From a plasmid: a stretch of DNA of 39,819 nt. Where the stretch lies: sequence record NZ_CP038019.1; one strand, written 5' to 3'. Numbering within the stretch: the stretch's first letter is position 1; each line of letters begins with the position of its first letter. Below the pieces are notes generated by a model. The model saw only the letters and a list, made by a program, of their open reading frames with translations. It was not told the DNA's origin and ran no database searches. Below are positions 9,274 to 17,187 of the stretch, piece after piece. A program made the translations under genes and the position numbers.

Positions 9274-12237
9274 ATGACGGCCAAAAAACCGTTCTACCAA
9301 CAAGTAGCCGATAAACTGATCGAACAGTTGCAACAAGGAACCGCTCCCTGGCAAAAGCCGTGGGATGGTGAAGGTATGCCAGACCACATGCCCCACAATA
9401 CGATTACCGGTCGCCGTTATCGCGGCATCAATAATCTGTGGTTGCTGGCACAACAACGGCAAGATCCACGTTGGATGACATACAAACAGGCTGCCGCAAT
9501 CGGTGCCCAGGTGCGTAAAGGCGAAAAGGGCACGGTCATTGAGTATTGGAAGTTTACTGAAGAAATCAACAAGACCGATGAGCAAGGCCGCGAAATCATT
9601 GGTGCAGACGGCAAACCGGAAAAACAGACGGTGCAGCTGGAGCGACCCAAAGTATTTCATGCCGTGGTGTTCAATGCCGAACAAATCGACAATCTGCCGC
9701 CATTGGAAATATCGCCGCTGGCTTGGAATCCGGACGAACGGGCAGAAACCATCCTGCGCAATTCCGGTGCTTTGATCCAGCATCGCGCCGGTGACCGAGC
9801 ATTTTATTCGCTCAGAACCGACAGCATCACCCTGCCCCTGCGTGAGCAATTCGCTGATGCGGGGCATTACTATGCCGTTGCCCTGCATGAATTAGGCCAT
9901 TGGACCGGGCATGAGACCCGGCTAAATCGTGATATGTCCCATCCGTTCGGCAGCGAAGGTTATGCCCGGGAAGAATTGCGGGCAGAAATCGCATCTTTGA
10001 TGCTGAGCCAGGACTTGGGCGTTTCTTTCCATCCCAAACAACATGCCAGCTATGTAGACAGTTGGATTAAAGCGTTACAAGATGATCCGATGGAAATCAT
10101 GCGGGCCGCTGCTGATGCGGAAAAAATACATGCTTATGTTATGGAACTGGCCCAGATGCAGACAGTTGAGCAGCAGCAGGAGGAGAGTATGGGGCAAACC
10201 CAGCAGAACATAGATGAAGCCAGTCTGGATGCGGAACGGCAGGCTCTCCAGGCTGTTCAAGATGGATCCATCGCTGAATCGGTCGACTCATTGGTCAAAG
10301 AGCACCGTGTATCAGATCTCAAACAATTAGATGCCATCGTGGCCACGATAGAAGAGAGTGGTCGGCAAGGTGCTTTTTGGCAGCGGCATCAGCCGCCGGC
10401 AGACGAAGCAGCTTTTTTGGTTAAGTTGGTTGAAGCCAGAACGGTCTTGGATGATGCTGTGCACCAGATGGCAGCCGAGGTCGAGTCGGTGGCCGAACAG
10501 CTGCAACCGTTCTTGCCGCCGCAATCGGATGACGAGACAGTCAAAATCGTATCTGATGAAAAACGCTATGTACAAATCCCGTATGCGGACAAAAATGAAG
10601 CCAAAGCCCTGGGTGCCCGTTGGGATAAGGAGAAGAAATCCTGGTATATCCCCCCTGGCGTTAATCAAGCACCATTTGAAAAATGGTTGAACAGCCCGGT
10701 CAATCAGGCACAAACGGTTAGTACCACGGAACCGGCCGCCGACAAAATTCTGATTGATGTCCCGTACCGTGAAAAAAATGATGCACGCGCCCTAGGTGCC
10801 CGTTGGGATAAAGAACAGAAATCCTGGTACATCCCGGCTGGCACCAATGCCGCCCTGTTTGCCCGCTGGATGCAGGCGAAACCGGAGGTTGTTGCAGAAG
10901 AAGCGGCTCCCGATTCAATGCCGCAAGATGCGGCGGTCGAGCAGCAAGCAGCTGCGGTGCAGCAAGAACGGCAGGCAATCCGGCAGCAACAGGGTGACCA
11001 AACGCTTGAACGGGTGTATTTGGCCGTACCGTATGCCGAACGCGGTGCAGCCAAGGAACAAGGTGCCCGCTGGGATAAGGCCAACAAGTCTTGGTACATC
11101 ACCAGCGATCATCCCAATTTATCGGCCGTTGCCAAATGGCTGCCGGAAAACCAAGCGCTTCAGAGCGAACCGGCGATGTCGCCGCAAGAAGAGTTTGCCG
11201 ATAAGTTGCGTGAATTGGGCTGCGTGGTGGAGAAGGGGCATCCGTTCATGGACGGGCAAAAGCACCGCATTACCACGGTTGGCGATAAAGCCGGAGAGAA
11301 ATCCGGCTTCTACATCGCTTATCTGGATGGGCATCCGGCCGGTTATGTGAAGAATAACCGGACCGGCCAAGAAGAGCGTTGGAAAGCCAAAGGTCATAGT
11401 TTATCGCCGGCAGAAAAAGCTAAACTGGCTGCCGAAAGTGCCAGCAAACTTCAACAGCGCGAAGAACAAAAGCGGCAGGCGCAAGAGGCGGCGGTTGAGC
11501 GCATCAAACACTATATGCGCGGTTATCAACCGGTGTCGGAACCAACCCCTTATTTACAGACGAAAGGCATCCAACCGCAACCGGGTATTTTTACCGACCG
11601 TACCGGCCAGAAAACCTATATCCCGGTTTATAACATCGAGGGCGAATTGCGTTCGATGCAGTATATCCAACCGGACGGCACCAAACGTTTCGCCAAGGAC
11701 AGCCAACAGGAGGGCGGTTTGCACGTCGTGGGCGCCCGCGACCTACAAACCGCCAGTACCATCGTGTTGGCCGAGGGCTACGCCACCGCCGCCACTATTA
11801 ACGAAGCCACGGACGAGACCGTGGCCTGTGTCGCCGCGTTTAATTCCGGTAACCTGCCGTTGGTGGCCGCCGAATTAAGCCGCCGCTATCCGGAAAAACA
11901 ATTTTTGGTTGCCGGGGATGATGATTTGGCGGTGCAGGCCAAACAAGGGCGCAACCCCGGACGGGAAAAAGCCATGGAAGCAGCGGCCGTGTTGAACTGC
12001 CCGGCGGTGTTGCCGGTTTTCGCCCCCGGCGAACAATCGGCTGATCAAAAAGCGTTCACCGATTTCAACGATTTGGCACAGAAATCGGCGTTTGGCCGTG
12101 AAGGCGTGGCCAAACAAATCGGTGAAAAAATCCGTGCTCAGGCTGTTACCCAAACGGCTCGGCACGACCGGAAGCCGCCTCAGCCAGAACGGGAGCAAGC
12201 CGTAGCAGTTAAAAAACGCAGTGGTCCGCGTCGTTAG
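9274..12237 (+). CDS. traC: TraC-like multidomain protein: an N-terminal ArdC-like ssDNA-binding and zincin domain, three tandem WYIP repeats, and a C-terminal Toprim DNA primase
   Basis: RBS GAGGAGG, then ATG at 9274. The first 54 codons of the ORF-track start at 9112 look like read-through junk. An HEXXH-type motif is present (ALHELGHWTGHE). There are three copies of the repeat PY(A/R)(D/E)KN(D/E)A(K/R)ALGARWDK(E/A)(K/Q)KSWYI. The Toprim segment reads VLAEGYATAATINEATDETV...FLVAGDDD. Confidence 0.8.
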   Translation: MTAKKPFYQQVADKLIEQLQQGTAPWQKPWDGEGMPDHMPHNTITGRRYRGINNLWLLAQQRQDPRWMTYKQAAAIGAQVRKGEKGTVIEYWKFTEEINKTDEQGREIIGADGKPEKQTVQLERPKVFHAVVFNAEQIDNLPPLEISPLAWNPDERAETILRNSGALIQHRAGDRAFYSLRTDSITLPLREQFADAGHYYAVALHELGHWTGHETRLNRDMSHPFGSEGYAREELRAEIASLMLSQDLGVSFHPKQHASYVDSWIKALQDDPMEIMRAAADAEKIHAYVMELAQMQTVEQQQEESMGQTQQNIDEASLDAERQALQAVQDGSIAESVDSLVKEHRVSDLKQLDAIVATIEESGRQGAFWQRHQPPADEAAFLVKLVEARTVLDDAVHQMAAEVESVAEQLQPFLPPQSDDETVKIVSDEKRYVQIPYADKNEAKALGARWDKEKKSWYIPPGVNQAPFEKWLNSPVNQAQTVSTTEPAADKILIDVPYREKNDARALGARWDKEQKSWYIPAGTNAALFARWMQAKPEVVAEEAAPDSMPQDAAVEQQAAAVQQERQAIRQQQGDQTLERVYLAVPYAERGAAKEQGARWDKANKSWYITSDHPNLSAVAKWLPENQALQSEPAMSPQEEFADKLRELGCVVEKGHPFMDGQKHRITTVGDKAGEKSGFYIAYLDGHPAGYVKNNRTGQEERWKAKGHSLSPAEKAKLAAESASKLQQREEQKRQAQEAAVERIKHYMRGYQPVSEPTPYLQTKGIQPQPGIFTDRTGQKTYIPVYNIEGELRSMQYIQPDGTKRFAKDSQQEGGLHVVGARDLQTASTIVLAEGYATAATINEATDETVACVAAFNSGNLPLVAAELSRRYPEKQFLVAGDDDLAVQAKQGRNPGREKAMEAAAVLNCPAVLPVFAPGEQSADQKAFTDFNDLAQKSAFGREGVAKQIGEKIRAQAVTQTARHDRKPPQPEREQAVAVKKRSGPRR
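10570..11145 (+). repeat. Three imperfect tandem repeats inside traC, each about 120 nt and about 230 nt apart
   Basis: ggtgcccg(t/c)tgggataa(g/a)...tcctggta(t/c)atccc recurs three times at the nucleotide level. The protein repeats are IPYADKNEAKALGARWDKEKKSWYIP, VPYREKNDARALGARWDKEQKSWYIP and VPYAERGAAKEQGARWDKANKSWYIT. Confidence 0.8.
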
Positions 12238-12246
12238 GAGAATAGC

Positions 12247-12795
12247 TTGGATCGTAGGAAATTTTTACAGGGTGCGGTTGGTACGCTGGGTGCCGGTATG
12301 CTTGGTTTGCCGACCATTGCCCTGGCTGACGACAATCGTTTTTGGCTGCGTGACCGCAAATTATCGATATATCGGCCGGCTTCAGGCGAAAGGCAAAATG
12401 TTACATTTTTCAAGGACGGCCGCTATTCACAAGATGGTTATCGGCGGTTGTGCTGGCTGTTTCGTGACGTAGTGGACGGCAATGCCGTCATTGCCATGAA
12501 TATCAGCCTGTTTAACCTGCTGTTCGCCCAGCAGCAGTATCTGCGTGCTATTGGCCGCAGCAATCCGCTGTTGGTCTTGCACAGCGGCTATCGTACCCGC
12601 CGGCACAACAATACTTTGGAAGGGGCAGCAAAAAATTCACGCCACTTGGTCGGGGATGCGGCCGATTTCCATTTCCGACAGGCGACGTTGGAGGAAGTGC
12701 TGGCACTGGCCAGGCGTTTTCGGGTCGGCGGTATCGGGACGTACAGTACTTTCGTACACAACGACATCGGTCGCTACCGTGAGTGGCGCGGTTGA
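12247..12795 (+). CDS. Tat-exported zinc peptidase of the M15/DUF882 (YcbK-like) family with a TTG start; likely a peptidoglycan peptidase
   Basis: RBS aggaga lies 5 nt before the TTG. Twin-arginine signal RRKFLQGAVGTLGAGMLGLPTIALA|DD. M15-type metal ligands are present (H in SGYRTRRHNN, HLVGDAAD, H in FVHND). Confidence 0.6.
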   Translation: MDRRKFLQGAVGTLGAGMLGLPTIALADDNRFWLRDRKLSIYRPASGERQNVTFFKDGRYSQDGYRRLCWLFRDVVDGNAVIAMNISLFNLLFAQQQYLRAIGRSNPLLVLHSGYRTRRHNNTLEGAAKNSRHLVGDAADFHFRQATLEEVLALARRFRVGGIGTYSTFVHNDIGRYREWRG

Positions 12796-12800
12796 TAAAC

Positions 12801-12828
12801 GGGCTACCTGAAAATCTTCAGGTAGCCT
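12801..12828. terminator. Perfect 11-bp-stem hairpin made of an inverted DNA-uptake-sequence pair (Eikenella dialect), 6 bp after the peptidase stop
   Basis: gGGCTACCTGAA aatc TTCAGGTAGCCt. The minus-strand arm is an exact AGGCTACCTGAA. Inverted DUS pairs act as terminators in Neisseriaceae. Confidence 0.55.
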
Positions 12829-13024
12829 GTTATGTAAAGAAGTTACTTTTGCCACAAAATTGAGCTATAATAAACTTACTGCAAGAGCTTTTTTAAGACA
12901 CATTAACCAGCGAACGGGTGTCTTAATGTGGGCAGTCTGGCTGTCGCTAGCCAGTTCAGTAGCTCAATCGAAAGATTGGTATCCGACCCCATGAGAGCTA
13001 AGGAGAGGCTGCGGCTACTACTTC

Positions 13025-13053
13025 AAGCACCTAACATTAGGTGCTTTTGTTTT
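13025..13053 (+). terminator. Rho-independent terminator: an 8-bp stem followed by TTTTGTTTTG
   Basis: aagcacct aacatt aggtgctt then a T-run. It closes the structured intergenic region and overlaps the convergent orf143 stop. Confidence 0.6.
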
Positions 13054-13468
13054 GCCTGGGCATCGTGCCTATTTTTGTGCCGCGAGCCATTGTTCCACCG
13101 AAAGCGGTTACGACGGAATAGGTAGTCAGCCCGTCCCTTTCCTGCCGTTCCAAAACAACCGTGCCCAATCGAAAGCGTACAACCATAGGCCGGTGAAAAC
13201 CGCGCATATTGCTAAATTCGCAATGAATCCCTGCTCCGGGCTGTAATATCATCTTCACATACAGACAGACACCTTCTTCATCGCAAGGCAAATTATGTCG
13301 ATTTAAATCCGCCGTATGCTCCGCCAAAATATGTGCTGCCCCAAAACCGCGGTTAGCCCCTCGGTGTTCTCCGTACTTCACTACGATTATGCCAGGAGGA
13401 AATGTATGTTTATGGGGTTCATTCAGTAACGGGAACTGCCCAATTTCTTTGATTATTCGATTTCTCAT
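13037..13468 (-). CDS. Hypothetical protein, 143 aa; the only minus-strand gene in the cargo region
   Basis: Intact ORF with a His-rich central segment (EHRGANRGFGAAHILAEHTADLNRH). No family recognised. It is convergent with the tra operon. Confidence 0.35.
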   Translation of the reverse strand: MRNRIIKEIGQFPLLNEPHKHTFPPGIIVVKYGEHRGANRGFGAAHILAEHTADLNRHNLPCDEEGVCLYVKMILQPGAGIHCEFSNMRGFHRPMVVRFRLGTVVLERQERDGLTTYSVVTAFGGTMARGTKIGTMPRQNKST

Positions 13469-13616
13469 CTCGTTAATCCTTTATTTCTAGATATCTTATG
13501 AAAAAGCCGAGTGAATTTCAAGCTTGTAGATATATTTATTTATATGCGTCTGAAATTCAGTGTACGGCTTGATTTTTATTGGCATTGTAAATGGATGGGC
13601 AATTTACCTATTAATT

Positions 13617-13645
13617 ATTGACCTAGTTAATTAACCTATGTACAA
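13617..13645 (+). promoter_or_regulatory. Sigma70-like promoter TTGACC-N17-TACAAT with a 10-bp palindrome GTTAATTAAC in its spacer
   Basis: Read directly from the AT-rich divergent region 13469-13769. It points toward the 13770 ORFs. Confidence 0.4.
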
Positions 13646-13769
13646 TACAAATTATTGACCAAGCGGATGGGATGGCCAACAACCTATACTTAATTTAGCT
13701 AAGGTGGTTTTATGAAGGTAAACTATAGAAATGATGAAAATTGTAAAGAATCAATAGAAGGGTTGTTAA

Positions 13770-14066
13770 ATGGTTGTTGACCTTAATAAGGTGCTTACAG
13801 AGATGAATCCGCCGCCGATGTTTGTAGATATAAGAAAGCTACTCCGGTTGCAGTATAACCGCTCGATAGACAGTGAAGTATTGAAAATATACTCAGGTAA
13901 GGTTGATGCTGATATGCAGGATTGGTTAGCGAGGAAGGCGGCATACTGCTTACTAAAAGGAGATGGAGATAATGCATACGCTTGGATAGAATTTATTTTG
14001 GCATTGGATATAGATAATACAAAAATTATTGTGGATTACATTAACGGTAATCAGGATTTATCATAG
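13770..14066 (+). CDS. Hypothetical protein, 98 aa, AT-rich codon usage
   Basis: ORF in low-GC DNA. Product unknown. Confidence 0.35.
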   Translation: MVVDLNKVLTEMNPPPMFVDIRKLLRLQYNRSIDSEVLKIYSGKVDADMQDWLARKAAYCLLKGDGDNAYAWIEFILALDIDNTKIIVDYINGNQDLS

Positions 14067-14078
14067 ACTGGAGGTATC

Positions 14079-14381
14079 ATGGAAGAAAAAGAAAATCTGA
14101 AAGGGTTGTTATCTAAAACCTATGAATTAAGGGATGGGTTAAAGAAAGATTATAGATTTGCTTTATTAATGGAGGCTATATCTATATTGTCGCTTATTTT
14201 AGGAGTTATGAAGTTAAATAATGATGTATGGGTCTCGCCATTTGTTTTAGTTCTTCTTGGGACTAGCCTAATTTTTGGGTATATGATTGTGAGAGGTTTC
14301 TTTTTACTAAGAAGAACAATGGCTGTTATCATTGCGTTGGAATATGAAATTAAACAGAAGAGTAAAAATGAAAAAATGTAA
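14079..14381 (+). CDS. Hypothetical small membrane protein, 100 aa, two predicted transmembrane helices
   Basis: Hydrophobic segments ISILSLILGVMKL and VLVLLGTSLIFGYMIV. The stop overlaps the recombinase start (taATG). Confidence 0.4.
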   Translation: MEEKENLKGLLSKTYELRDGLKKDYRFALLMEAISILSLILGVMKLNNDVWVSPFVLVLLGTSLIFGYMIVRGFFLLRRTMAVIIALEYEIKQKSKNEKM

Positions 14382-15043
14382 TGAATAAAAAAGCCAAAAT
14401 CGCCCGCATTTATTGTCGGGTATCCACTGTGCATCAAGATTTGACCCGGCAGATGGCGTTAGTCGAATGGGCAGAGCAGCGCGGCTATTATGTAGCCAAG
14501 GTATATGCAGAAAAAGCCAGCGGTCGCACAGCTAACCGTGAAAAGCTGGCCGAAATGATAGACGACCTGAAACAAGGGGAAGTGGTCATTGTAGAAAATA
14601 TCGACCGTCTAACCCGTCTGCCTATCAAGGAGGCGGAAAAGCTGATCGGCCGAATTAAAGCTAAAGGCGCACGGCTGGCCATGCCCGGCGTGGTGGATTT
14701 AGATGATTTGTATCCGGCCGACAGTATGGCCGGTATCGTGATGGATACCGTACAAGACCTGTTGCTGAAGATCGCCATGAAATCGGCCAGCGATGATTAC
14801 GAACTGCGCCGAGAGAGGCAGGCTGCCGGATTCGCTCGAGCTCGGGCAGAGGGGCGCAGCGTGGGTGGGCGCAGAATAGACCAGAAGCGTATCGATGCCG
14901 TAGCCTTTTGGCGTCAAAAAGGTTTGTCAATCGCGGAAACCGCCAAAGCATTGAGTTGTTCGCCAGGCACAGTTAAGCGAATCTGGCGGAAGATACAGGC
15001 TGGTGAATATAGGGTTTCCGGCAATAAGCTGCCCGAAAAATAG
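14381..15043 (+). CDS. Serine recombinase (resolvase/invertase family), probably the plasmid multimer resolvase
   Basis: N-terminal catalytic motif IYCRVSTVHQD (serine nucleophile). C-terminal HTH GLSIAETAKALSCSPGTVKRIWRK. Confidence 0.85.
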   Translation: MNKKAKIARIYCRVSTVHQDLTRQMALVEWAEQRGYYVAKVYAEKASGRTANREKLAEMIDDLKQGEVVIVENIDRLTRLPIKEAEKLIGRIKAKGARLAMPGVVDLDDLYPADSMAGIVMDTVQDLLLKIAMKSASDDYELRRERQAAGFARARAEGRSVGGRRIDQKRIDAVAFWRQKGLSIAETAKALSCSPGTVKRIWRKIQAGEYRVSGNKLPEK

Positions 15044-15168
15044 GCAGAGCCGGTGCGCTAGCATAAATTCAAGTGTTTATGCCGATCTGGCAGCCGTTGT
15101 TCATGGGGTTATGAACAGGGTTTGTGGAAAACTTGCCGGAGCAGTCTTTAACGAAGAAAGGAAATATC

Positions 15169-15387
15169 ATGGGACATACTGAAAAAAGAAGTGTTACTGA
15201 CGTTTATGGTGAATTGGTAAGGGATATGGAACGAAATGCGGCTGATCCAGAAAGTCGATTTTTTAATGGGGTTAGGGCAGTAATCATTGGTGATAGGATT
15301 AAACGTGGTGAAGAGGTAACAGAAGAGGATAGAAAGCTCTGGGAGCAAAAGGTCGTTGCATCTTTGACAACAAAAAGAGATAACTAA
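15169..15387 (+). CDS. Small protein, first gene of the zeta operon; omega-like regulator or antitoxin component
   Basis: RBS aaggaaa then ATG at 15169. 72 aa, charged. It sits in the same position as omega in omega-epsilon-zeta operons. Confidence 0.4.
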   Translation: MGHTEKRSVTDVYGELVRDMERNAADPESRFFNGVRAVIIGDRIKRGEEVTEEDRKLWEQKVVASLTTKRDN

Positions 15388-15404
15388 CTTATTAGGAACT
15401 GACT

Positions 15405-15629
15405 ATGAATACAATTAAACCTACTGGTCGTGATGATACCATTAAGATGATAAAAGAAGCTTGTGAGAAAAACCGTCGGATGATGGAAGACAAGGAGTAC
15501 TGCAAGAAAATAGAGGCTGAGTTGCATTACACTGTGGATTCTCCAGCAGTACAAAAGTTGCGTGAAGAGTTAAAAGTATTGAGAGGTCAGAGAGAACAAC
15601 AGGAGGTGGCTGCCGATGGTGGCGCTTAA
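15405..15629 (+). CDS. Epsilon-like antitoxin, 74 aa, translationally coupled to the zeta toxin gene
   Basis: Small helical acidic and basic protein. Its stop overlaps the zeta start by 14 nt. Confidence 0.5.
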   Translation: MNTIKPTGRDDTIKMIKEACEKNRRMMEDKEYCKKIEAELHYTVDSPAVQKLREELKVLRGQREQQEVAADGGA

Positions 15630-16821
15630 CTCCGAAATTAAAGAAAGAGATTTTTCAAATTCACCAGAACTGGCAGAAGTTCAAAGAGAAGCTATTGACC
15701 AGGCTAGCCGTTATACTGGTGAAATGCTTGAAAGATACAATCAGCATCCAGATACTTCCGATGGTCGCTATATTTGTGCGGACACCTTTAAAGAACTTTT
15801 TGCAGTATTTGAGAATAAAGATGATCGAGCCAAGGTCAACAATGCAATTCATAACTCGGCTGCCGTTTTATCCGCCACACAGTTTGATGAAATATTGAAA
15901 CGGGAAGAACCAGACAAGAGTCAAGCTATTTTTGTTACGGGGATTCCTGGGTCGGGTAAGACTACAACAGTAAAAAATATGATGATGCGGGAGAATACAA
16001 AGTTACTCTTTGAAGGACAGCTTGCACGGCCGCAACCTGCTTTCCATAAGATTGAGCAATGCTTGGGAAAAGGGTTGGAGGTTACTGTTGTGGCAGTCAG
16101 TATGACAGCAGAACGGGCTTTAGATAATACGTATAGGCGATTTAATGAATACGGGAGGGGTGCAAGCATTGGCATCATGGCTGATATTCAAGCCAATTTA
16201 CCCAATGGTCTTAGACAAATTCATGAAAGATTTGGCAATGCAGTCAAAATTGTTGGTATCAACCAAGATAAGAATAGCGAGTTTCTTGATAGGTTCGATG
16301 ATGTTCTCAACATGCTTTCCTTGGGGTCTCAAGACCAGATATTAGGTAGGTTGGCTGGAAAGATTCAGAGTGACTTGGTAACCGGGAAGATTGATGTATC
16401 CTGTTTCAATCAAGCCAAAGGCAGCATGAATTTAGAAAGCATTTTTGCTGAGAAAGAGTACGTGCAACAGAGGGTAGTAGTTAATTCTAAAAGTGTTGTG
16501 TTGGAAGCTAAACTGGCAAGCGGTATTTGGACGAAACTCAAAATAATACCAGTACAAGGGATGAAGGGCGGTGTTTATCCGTTGGGAACGGCCAAACCGG
16601 CCGCAGCCGACCAATCTTATGAAGGCGAAATTGTCTATAAGGATAATGCGTCGATTTTCCAGCAAACCAAGCAAGGGTTGGTTCGGCATCAGAACACCGA
16701 GCAGCTGGCCGGTCAGGTACGGATAGGGCAGCACTATGCCATCGGCAACGGCCAAGCCAAGGCAGTCAGCCTGACAGCCAGCCGGTCGATGAAGCAGACA
16801 CATGGTCGTCGGCTTCGATAG
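15616..16821 (+). CDS. Zeta-toxin family P-loop kinase (UNAG kinase type) fused to a shared C-terminal domain of about 115 aa
   Basis: Walker A IFVTGIPGSGKTTTVKN. Total 401 aa. The C-terminal 285-401 segment (VVNSKSVVLEAKL...GMKGGVYPLGTAK...RSMKQTHGRRLR) is homologous to the C-termini of the ORFs at 17188 and 38167. Confidence 0.8.
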   Translation: MVALNSEIKERDFSNSPELAEVQREAIDQASRYTGEMLERYNQHPDTSDGRYICADTFKELFAVFENKDDRAKVNNAIHNSAAVLSATQFDEILKREEPDKSQAIFVTGIPGSGKTTTVKNMMMRENTKLLFEGQLARPQPAFHKIEQCLGKGLEVTVVAVSMTAERALDNTYRRFNEYGRGASIGIMADIQANLPNGLRQIHERFGNAVKIVGINQDKNSEFLDRFDDVLNMLSLGSQDQILGRLAGKIQSDLVTGKIDVSCFNQAKGSMNLESIFAEKEYVQQRVVVNSKSVVLEAKLASGIWTKLKIIPVQGMKGGVYPLGTAKPAAADQSYEGEIVYKDNASIFQQTKQGLVRHQNTEQLAGQVRIGQHYAIGNGQAKAVSLTASRSMKQTHGRRLR

Positions 16822-16852
16822 GCAGGGCGGGATATAATAAAACAGCATAAAG

Positions 16853-17179
16853 ATGAAAGGAAGGGTGATGGCTGAATTAACTCACGAACAGAAACAGAAA
16901 TTGTTGGCCGAATTTGAACGGCCCAAGGTGGTGAAATACAGCCCGGAAGAGATCCGGTCTGGGAAAGAAATCTATATTCAGGTGGTGGCCAGCTGTGCAT
17001 TGGAGGGGCATGCCCCAGATGATTTTGGCAAAGTGGTAACGATGGAACGTATTCGTGGTGAATTAACTCCGGAAAAAGAGCTACAAATTTTATTACAGCA
17101 AGATCCGGTTGAGACAGAACGAATCCAAGCGAAAGTCGCACGTTTGCAAGAGTTGGGATTATCGTGGAAGGATTTATAG
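16853..17179 (+). CDS. Class I Fic antitoxin (VbhA-like). The probable true start is at 16868.
   Basis: Inhibitory (S/T)xxxE(G/N) motif present as SCALEG. It lies immediately upstream of a Fic gene. Confidence 0.55.
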   Translation: MKGRVMAELTHEQKQKLLAEFERPKVVKYSPEEIRSGKEIYIQVVASCALEGHAPDDFGKVVTMERIRGELTPEKELQILLQQDPVETERIQAKVARLQELGLSWKDL

Positions 17180-17187
17180 GATAAATC

